The notes below the pieces were generated by a model that ran no database searches, was not told the origin of the DNA, and saw only the letters and a list, made by a program, of their open reading frames with translations. Below, piece by piece: positions 62,601 through 64,000 of a DNA stretch of 64,000 nucleotides (within the stretch, counting starts at the first letter, position 1; every line of letters starts with the position of its first letter). The DNA is from Octopus sinensis (taxonomy: Eukaryota). The translations under genes were made by a program, and so were the position numbers. The stretch is from positions 29,016,001 through 29,080,000 of the forward strand of contig NC_043006.1 in assembly GCF_006345805.1 (NCBI RefSeq), written 5' to 3'.

Positions 62601-63094
62601 CTCTGTAGAACTAGAAAGACACAACACTTCATCCGCTGCTGGGCTTACAAAGAATAAGTCCCGGGGTCGATTTGCTCGACTAAAGGCGGTGCTCCAGCAT
62701 GGCCGCAGTCAAAGGACTGAAACAAGTAAAAGAGTAAAAGAGTATTGAAAACTTTTAGAAACAGATTGGTTATTATTGTTGATCATGTAATTTTACAAGT
62801 TTTAATAACTATATTTCAGCATTGAGATGTTTAAACTAACATGTGATGACCTCCAAGAATGGATAAGAGAGAAAGATAATGCACTCTATGATGACGATGT
62901 AGGAAAAGATCTTGAAAGCAGCAAAAATCTGAGAAGAAAACACATGGTGGGTATAATATGTTAATACAAAAGCTTGATTTGATAAAAATTCTGTATTCTT
63001 TAGTTGAATTGTTTCATTATTTCTTTCAGAATTTTGAACGAGAACTTGTTCCTGTTGAAACAAAAATGACAAAAATGGCCTTTCTAGCTGACAC
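2015..63094 (+). CDS. kst: Beta-heavy spectrin (karst / SPTBN5-type), 27 coding exons, N-terminal ~1122 aa; 3' end outside window
   Basis: Manual splicing gives one open frame with GT-AG boundaries and matching phases: [28 protein letters not shown] (CH1)...[12 protein letters not shown] (CH2)...spectrin repeats...[15 protein letters not shown] (repeat 5) interrupted by an SH3...[11 protein letters not shown]...LEGASSIEMF...[10 protein letters not shown]. The short N-terminus and the SH3 within repeat 5 are diagnostic of beta-H rather than conventional beta-spectrin. Confidence 0.96.
2445..2990 (-). mobile_element. Fragment of the long RTE 3' region
   Basis: Carries the family motif TTTCTATAGCTGGATGCCCTTCCTAA...ACCACTTTACAGTG...GGTCACCAA, then a GA-rich tract as in the other copies. 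Confidence 0.7.
3896..4063 (+). CDS. kst: coding exon 2 (CH1)
   Basis: tctAG / GTATGT; [56 protein letters not shown]; 168 nt. Confidence 0.95.
5397..6230 (+). mobile_element. Helitron RepHel N-terminal remnant (pseudogene)
   Basis: ATG 5397 [14 protein letters not shown]; later [19 protein letters not shown], and [43 protein letters not shown] (5901-6090). These motifs are typical of the region preceding the Helitron Rep domain; stops and frameshifts are present. Confidence 0.8.
7212..7553. repeat. Fold-back inverted repeat, ~160-bp arms, 17-nt loop
   Basis: 7212-7372 aligns to the reverse complement of 7390-7553 with mostly transition mismatches and two small indels. Confidence 0.95.
7828..10459 (-). 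mobile_element. Full-length defective hAT transposon, Buster/Charlie family
   Basis: 16-bp TIRs CAGTGGTTCCCAAACT (7828-7843) and reverse-complement CAGTGGTTTCCAAACT (10444-10459); degenerate 8-bp TSD CTCTAGCC / TTCTAACC with central TA (the Buster nnnTAnnn pattern). Confidence 0.92.
8035..9809 (-). pseudogene. Buster-type (ZBED5/SCAND3-like) transposase pseudogene
   Basis: MEKFIRR...YLKFGFH*TG..PLCVVC...[10 protein letters not shown] (BED finger); [20 protein letters not shown]; catalytic-motif remnants [29 protein letters not shown]; ends QVHVSH*; several stops and frameshifts. Confidence 0.9.
10599..12520 (-). mobile_element. Decayed RTE LINE with long 3' region, containing a fold-back duplication
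   Basis: (CAT)n tail at ~10599, shared terminal motif, GA-rich tract to ~11540, ORF-end remnants 11660-12130, PHD-like remnant ~12300-12420. Confidence 0.82.
11563..11744. repeat. Near-perfect hairpin, 88-bp arms, 6-nt loop
   Basis: 11563-11636 equals the reverse complement of 11671-11744 with 1 mismatch in 74 bp; the inner 14 bp have 4 mismatches; loop ATATGG 11651-11656. Confidence 0.97.
13910..14308 (+). mobile_element. RTE-family 3' end (short-UTR type, ~65-bp tandem subrepeats)
   Basis: Repeated GCCAGTGCC(A/G)CCTGACTGGC...AAAAAGCAC units, then CCAGCTGTAGAAAC...AACCCATGC..ATGGAA..TTAAA(TGA)n. Confidence 0.85.
14640..15092 (+). mobile_element. 3' fragment of a second RTE-like LINE lineage plus short family tail
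   Basis: Translates (with stops) as [24 protein letters not shown]...(R)FAGHYWRA, like the C-terminus of an RTE-type ORF2. Confidence 0.6.
16446..16562 (+). CDS. kst: coding exon 3 (CH1 end)
   Basis: ttcAG / GTATGT; [39 protein letters not shown]; 117 nt; follows a 12.4 kb intron. Confidence 0.95.
17768..18029 (+). mobile_element. RTE-family 3' end / RTE-tailed SINE
   Basis: GGTGGCACGTAAAAAGCACCCACTACAC...GGCATCCAGCTGTAGAAAC...CATGCTAGCATGGAAAACGGACGTTAAACGATGATGATG. Confidence 0.88.
18238..18490 (+). mobile_element. RTE-family 3' end / RTE-tailed SINE
   Basis: Same terminal motif and (GAT)n tail as 17768-18029. Confidence 0.88.
18885..19560 (-). mobile_element. RTE long 3' region fragment
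   Basis: (CAT)n tail, shared terminal motif, then GA/G-rich tract. Confidence 0.78.
19842..20206 (+). mobile_element. tRNA-derived SINE (CORE-like body, AAAGAGT tail)
   Basis: Head GGCTGTGTGGTAAG...GGTTCCGGTTTCAGTC, CCTTGGGCAAGTGTCTTCTACTATAGCC, central (TA/TG)n, tail GACTGAAACAAGTAAAAGAGTAAAGAGTA. Related pieces lie at 23080-23297, 34769-35070 and 62640-62744. Confidence 0.85.
21280..21356 (+). CDS. kst: coding exon 4 (CH2 start)
   Basis: ttcAG / GTAAGA; [25 protein letters not shown](G); phase 2. Confidence 0.95.
21640..22773 (-). mobile_element. RTE LINE fragment with long 3' region and inverted 5' segment
   Basis: Minus-strand RTE to 22579; then 22580-22773 is RTE in + orientation ([10 protein letters not shown]...ETW...MQRLERNEA); 63 bp are duplicated in inverted orientation. 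Confidence 0.85.
22779..23070 (+). mobile_element. tRNA-derived SINE
   Basis: A box TGGCTCAGTGG, B box GAGTTCAATTCCC, then CTCCAGTTCACCCATCTGTAGAAATGAG core-like segment. Confidence 0.75.
24551..24631 (+). CDS. kst: coding exon 5 (CH2)
   Basis: ttcAG / GTAAAT; [26 protein letters not shown](R). Confidence 0.95.
24673..24977 (+). mobile_element. RTE-family 3' end
   Basis: TTTTGTCTTGCAAG..., two copies of GTGGTTGG..GGCATCCAGCTGTAAAAA, AACCCATGCCAGCATGGAA, (TGA)n. Confidence 0.82.
25113..25332 (-). mobile_element. piggyBac-type MITE (copy 1)
   Basis: Ends CCCTTTCGTTAC...GTAATGAAAGGG, flanks TTTA / TTAA; the body is the reverse complement of 56247-56467. Confidence 0.88.
25866..26270 (+). mobile_element. 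Nested pair of tRNA-derived SINEs (Meta-domain-like)
   Basis: GGCGGCGAGCTGGCAGAA head, B-box-like GAGTTCAAATTCC, core GCCTTTCATCCTTTCGGGGTCGATAAATTAAGTACCAG occurring twice. The resemblance to the MetaSINE core is from memory and unverified. Confidence 0.85.
26282..26394 (+). CDS. kst: coding exon 6 (CH2)
   Basis: tccAG / GTTAGT; [37 protein letters not shown](D). Confidence 0.94.
27425..28125 (+). mobile_element. CR1/L2-like LINE, 5'-truncated 3' end
   Basis: [17 protein letters not shown]...[20 protein letters not shown]...[10 protein letters not shown]...YSERLTSLG...LRRLAADL, frameshift, then [18 protein letters not shown], followed by a short 3' UTR. Confidence 0.88.
28274..28386 (+). 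CDS. kst: coding exon 7 (CH2 end)
   Basis: tgcAG / GTAAAC; [37 protein letters not shown]. Confidence 0.95.
29425..29612 (+). CDS. kst: coding exon 8 (spectrin repeat 1)
   Basis: ttcAG / GTAGGT; [10 protein letters not shown]...[38 protein letters not shown](K). Confidence 0.95.
30110..30210. repeat. Interrupted (CA)n/(CG) microsatellite
   Basis: Read directly. Other simple repeats lie at ~826-849 (TG), 12078-12108 (AG), 24158-24183 (AG), 40357-40395 (AG/AC) and 61075-61119 (GT/GA). Confidence 0.9.
30403..30585 (+). CDS. kst: coding exon 9
   Basis: AAG acceptor / GTTACT donor; [60 protein letters not shown](R). Confidence 0.92.
31002..31044 (+). CDS. kst: coding exon 10 (43 nt)
   Basis: ttcAG / GTACTG; [14 protein letters not shown]. 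Confidence 0.92.
31580..31711 (+). CDS. kst: coding exon 11 (repeat 2)
   Basis: tctAG / GTAAGT; [44 protein letters not shown]. Confidence 0.94.
31949..32095 (-). mobile_element. RTE-family 3' end fragment
   Basis: CATTTAACATCTGTTTTCCATGCTAGTATGGGTTG...; reverse complement of the family terminus. Confidence 0.75.
32105..32992 (+). mobile_element. 5'-truncated RTE LINE (short-UTR type), sense to the gene
   Basis: Remnants of ML.WMCN..., [19 protein letters not shown], then tandem GCCAGTGCC subrepeats and the family terminus. Confidence 0.85.
33046..33234. repeat. Inverted repeat, 29-bp arms (MITE-like)
   Basis: CTCAACACATTAGTGACAGTAATCTCCAC (33046-33074) vs reverse complement of 33206-33234, 27/29 identical; no TSD found. 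Confidence 0.85.
33599..33681 (+). CDS. kst: coding exon 12
   Basis: ttcAG / GTACGT; [27 protein letters not shown](R). Confidence 0.94.
35281..35540 (+). mobile_element. tRNA-derived SINE with perfect 13-bp TSD
   Basis: A box TGGCCTAGTGGTTAG, B box GAGTTCGAATCTC, (ACA)n tail; TSD TATGGCATGAAAT at 35268-35280 and 35541-35553. Confidence 0.92.
35672..35810 (+). CDS. kst: coding exon 13
   Basis: cccAG / GTAAGT; [46 protein letters not shown]. Confidence 0.94.
36260..36398 (-). mobile_element. RTE-family 3' end fragment
   Basis: CATCATCATCGTTTAACGTCCGTTTTCCATGCTAGCATGGG... Confidence 0.88.
36899..38900 (-). mobile_element. Best-preserved RTE LINE copy (RT + PHD-like insert + short UTR), 5'-truncated
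   Basis: [41 protein letters not shown] (YADD at 38192-38203), Cys-rich insert, [41 protein letters not shown]-like end, (GAT)n tail. Confidence 0.93.
39769..39971 (+). CDS. kst: coding exon 14 (repeat 3)
   Basis: tacAG / GTAAGT; [36 protein letters not shown]...EVTKELK(L). Confidence 0.94.
40446..40564 (+). mobile_element. RTE-family 3' end fragment
   Basis: ACTGCCAGATCTGACTGG...CATGCTAGCATGGAAAGCGGACGTTAAA(TGA)n. Confidence 0.88.
40612..42750 (-). mobile_element. RTE LINE with long 3' region, internally deleted
   Basis: (CAT)n tail, GA-rich tract to ~41540, ORF end, PHD-like insert ~41785-41920, [15 protein letters not shown]...[19 protein letters not shown]. Confidence 0.87.
43066..43243 (+). 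CDS. kst: coding exon 15 (repeat 4)
   Basis: tctAG / GTAATA; [59 protein letters not shown]. Confidence 0.94.
43495..43703 (-). mobile_element. tRNA-derived SINE (Meta-like)
   Basis: Reverse complement of the family core; imperfect TSD TTATACATGAAGAATATT (43477-43494) / TTATACACAAAGAATATT (43704-43721), 16/18 identical. Confidence 0.88.
44118..44555. mobile_element. MITE with 29-bp perfect TIRs, 8-bp TSD and internal TTAGGG repeats
   Basis: TIR GGATCTTTTCGGTTTGAACGGCAGTTTTT at 44118-44146 and 44527-44555; TSD AAATTAAA at 44110-44117 and 44556-44563; TTAGGG cluster 44219-44257. Confidence 0.95.
44823..45026 (+). CDS. kst: coding exon 16
   Basis: AAG acceptor / GTAAGA; [17 protein letters not shown]...[24 protein letters not shown]. 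Confidence 0.93.
45125..45220 (+). CDS. kst: coding exon 17 (repeat 5 helix A)
   Basis: tttAG / GTAACA after a 98-nt intron; [32 protein letters not shown]. Confidence 0.95.
45830..46378 (+). mobile_element. RTE long 3' region fragment, sense
   Basis: CT-rich tract, then TGGTTAGTGTTAGGAAAGGCATCCAGCC..AGAAAC and TTAAATGATGAT tail. Confidence 0.7.
46689..46802 (+). CDS. kst: coding exon 18
   Basis: tctAG / GTAAGT; [38 protein letters not shown]. Confidence 0.94.
47358..47552 (+). CDS. kst: coding exon 19 (linker + SH3 first half)
   Basis: tttAG / GTGAGT; [23 protein letters not shown]...[24 protein letters not shown]. Confidence 0.92.
47611..48065 (+). mobile_element. (ATT)n microsatellite followed by two tandem Meta-like SINE copies
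   Basis: (ATT)n 47611-47640; the core GTCAACTTTG..TCATCCT..AAGTACCAGTT occurs twice, each ending GGCCTTGT.CCTAT.GTA.AAAGGATTATT. Confidence 0.82.
49211..49412 (+). CDS. kst: coding exon 20 (SH3 second half + linker)
   Basis: AAG acceptor / GTGAGT; [39 protein letters not shown]...PLHRTPS; phase 1. Confidence 0.9.
49780..51945 (-). mobile_element. RTE LINE interrupted by a younger RTE insertion
   Basis: RT motifs ([30 protein letters not shown]), PHD-like insert ~51161-51295, ORF end ~50110, family tail ~49780. Confidence 0.87.
50466..50915 (+). mobile_element. Nested 5'-truncated RTE 3' end
   Basis: [14 protein letters not shown]..., tandem subrepeats, (GAT)n tail. The host reading GRLYVAY|[10 protein letters not shown] is contiguous across the insert, with a short TATA duplication. 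Confidence 0.85.
51960..53611 (-). mobile_element. RTE LINE fragment with long 3' region
   Basis: GA-rich tract 51960-52940; ORF end with [14 protein letters not shown]...; 5' truncation at 53611. Confidence 0.8.
52286..52518 (-). mobile_element. Full-length Meta-like SINE with perfect 12-bp TSD
   Basis: TSD ATAAGAAATACC at 52274-52285 and 52519-52530. Confidence 0.93.
53612..53968. repeat. (AT)n-seeded minisatellite, 4 units of 76-88 bp, each with a 20-bp palindrome
   Basis: AATGCCTG at 53683, 53767, 53843 and 53931; each unit contains ATATTTACATATGTAAATAT. Confidence 0.93.
54698..54795 (+). CDS. kst: coding exon 21 (repeat 5 helix C)
   Basis: tccAG / GTGAGA; (V)[32 protein letters not shown]. 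Confidence 0.92.
55436..55654 (-). mobile_element. Degenerate Meta-like SINE
   Basis: AAAGGATGAAAGACAAAATCAAC...GAATTTGAACTCAGAATG...GCTAACAATTCTGCCAGCTTG. Confidence 0.8.
56028..56238 (+). mobile_element. Meta-like SINE; its right TSD is split by a MITE
   Basis: GGCGGCGAGCTGGCAGAAACG head; the 17-bp TSD AATATTAAAAACAAATT (56005-56021) is restored on the right when the MITE is removed. Confidence 0.9.
56247..56467 (+). mobile_element. piggyBac-type MITE (copy 2)
   Basis: TTAA|CCCTTTCGTTAC...GTAACAAAAGGG|TTAA; 221 bp. Confidence 0.92.
56538..56624 (+). CDS. kst: coding exon 22 (repeat 6)
   Basis: ttcAG / GTATCA; [29 protein letters not shown]. Confidence 0.94.
57060..58802 (+). mobile_element. 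Decayed RTE LINE with long 3' region, sense
   Basis: [38 protein letters not shown]-like remnant ~57685-57815, ORF end ~58120, CT-rich tract, family terminus. Confidence 0.85.
59026..59091 (+). CDS. kst: coding exon 23
   Basis: actAG / GTAAGC; [22 protein letters not shown]. Confidence 0.92.
59347..60140 (+). mobile_element. Internally deleted Tc1/mariner (DDxD-like) remnant
   Basis: [13 protein letters not shown]...[21 protein letters not shown], then VEKDTN..CNT..LV.KIEEVF...VRNAC.RF..HLETVV; the right end CACTCTG|TA has only partial similarity to ~59347-59370. Confidence 0.75.
60930..61060 (+). CDS. kst: coding exon 24
   Basis: ttcAG / GTAAGT; [43 protein letters not shown](R). Confidence 0.93.
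61896..61955 (+). CDS. kst: coding exon 25
   Basis: ttcAG / GTAAAA; [19 protein letters not shown](S). Confidence 0.94.
62640..62744 (+). mobile_element. 3' tail of the CORE-like SINE family
   Basis: AAAGAATAAGTCCCGGGGTCGATTTGCTCGACTAAAGGCGGTGCTCCAGCATGGCC...AAAAGAGTAAAAGAGTA, matching 20110-20206. Confidence 0.88.
62820..62946 (+). CDS. kst: coding exon 26 (repeat 7)
   Basis: ttcAG / GTGGGT; [42 protein letters not shown]. Confidence 0.94.
63030..63094 (+). CDS. kst: coding exon 27 (last in window)
   Basis: ttcAG / GTAAGT after an 83-nt intron; [21 protein letters not shown](T); phase 2. Confidence 0.93.
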
Positions 63095-63773
63095 GTAAGT
63101 CTTTTGCTTGAATTGGTTAATCAGATGAAAATAACAGATTTTACATAACAGCAGTTAGGCATGGGAACCAAGAAATGAAAGTATAAATTTCAAATCTATC
63201 CTCTGGTTCTGGTTTGACGACCCTTCATGTTTGTTTCGTTCGGTTTCACTGTCATGTTTCTATTCCCAACTTTGACCCTCCATAAATCCTAAATTTTATT
63301 TTAGAATTTATGGGAGCAACTATCTTTGAAGACTCGTATTGTTGTTGAATGCTTGAAATGAGGAGTAGACAGACAGCTGACAACTGATGAAGGGTCGTTC
63401 TTTATGCTACTTGTCCTGTTCTCCATTTTTTTCTCATTGTTTACATACTTAGCTTGTTTGTTTATGTATTTCATGTTGGTAACGTCCTGTACCCATAAAT
63501 GCTTGTGTATATATATATATAATAATAATATTAGGGAGTATATCCAAACTTACAGGGAAAAATTAGATTTAAGATTAAATCAAATTTTACAGTATAAATA
63601 TAAATTAAATTAGAGATAAAACCACTATTAGGCAAATCAAACAGTAAAAAACATGAACCAAAACATAAAAATTAATATAATATACAAAATAAATAAAATA
63701 TAAAATTTTAAATTCATATTTATAAATTTTTATATTTTTTAAATTTTTAATTTATAAATTTTTAAACTTTTAA

Positions 63774-63846
63774 TTTTTTAATTAATTAATTTTAAAAAAA
63801 TTAAAATTTTTTAATTAATTAATTTTAAAAAAATTAAAATTTTTTT
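63774..63846. repeat. Pure-AT 33-bp tandem duplication
   Basis: AATTAATTAATTTTAAAAAAATTAAAAT at 63780 and 63813. Confidence 0.88.
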
Positions 63847-64000
63847 TTTATACTATCAAAAAGTATAAAAAGTTTAATATAATATAATAAGTAAAACCAC
63901 TACGTACATTTCATGGCCATAATTCAATTCGAATTACAATTAATTTAAATTCAATTAAAAATTCGAATTATAATTATAGTCAATTTTCAGGTTAATGATA

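Noticed and set aside
63381-63420. Hammerhead ribozyme core (CTGATGA)
   Set aside because: No GAAA follows a stem II and no stem III/NUH is evident. Other CTGATGA hits (15226, 15745, 17939, 26533) also lack the core geometry or lie in exons.

Overview
AT-rich animal genomic DNA; the repeat families and gene style suggest a coleoid cephalopod, probably Octopus (inference). The whole window lies inside one + strand gene, a beta-heavy spectrin (karst/SPTBN5 type). I assembled by hand 27 GT-AG coding exons from 2015 to 63094. Their phases match without a break and they give 3368 nt (1122 codons + 2 nt): CH1-CH2 actin-binding domain, spectrin repeats 1-5 with the beta-H-specific SH3 insertion, repeat 6 and the start of repeat 7. 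The gene continues past the window. The introns are full of decayed mobile DNA: many RTE-clade LINE fragments in both orientations, several tRNA-derived SINE families, a CR1-like 3' end, a full-length dead Buster/hAT transposon, a Helitron remnant, a mariner remnant, two piggyBac-type MITEs and a GG-ended MITE with telomere-like repeats. The most notable observations are (1) a C4HC3 PHD-type finger inside the reverse transcriptase of the resident RTE family, seen in five copies; (2) several locally generated fold-back inverted duplications that would make long dsRNA in the pre-mRNA; (3) a SINE subfamily inserted twice at GGTATTTC; (4) the TTAGGG/G4 MITE. There are no prokaryotic-type systems, CRISPR arrays or bona fide RNA genes. 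Exon, TIR, TSD and hairpin coordinates were counted to the base; boundaries of decayed repeats are approximate (tens of bp).
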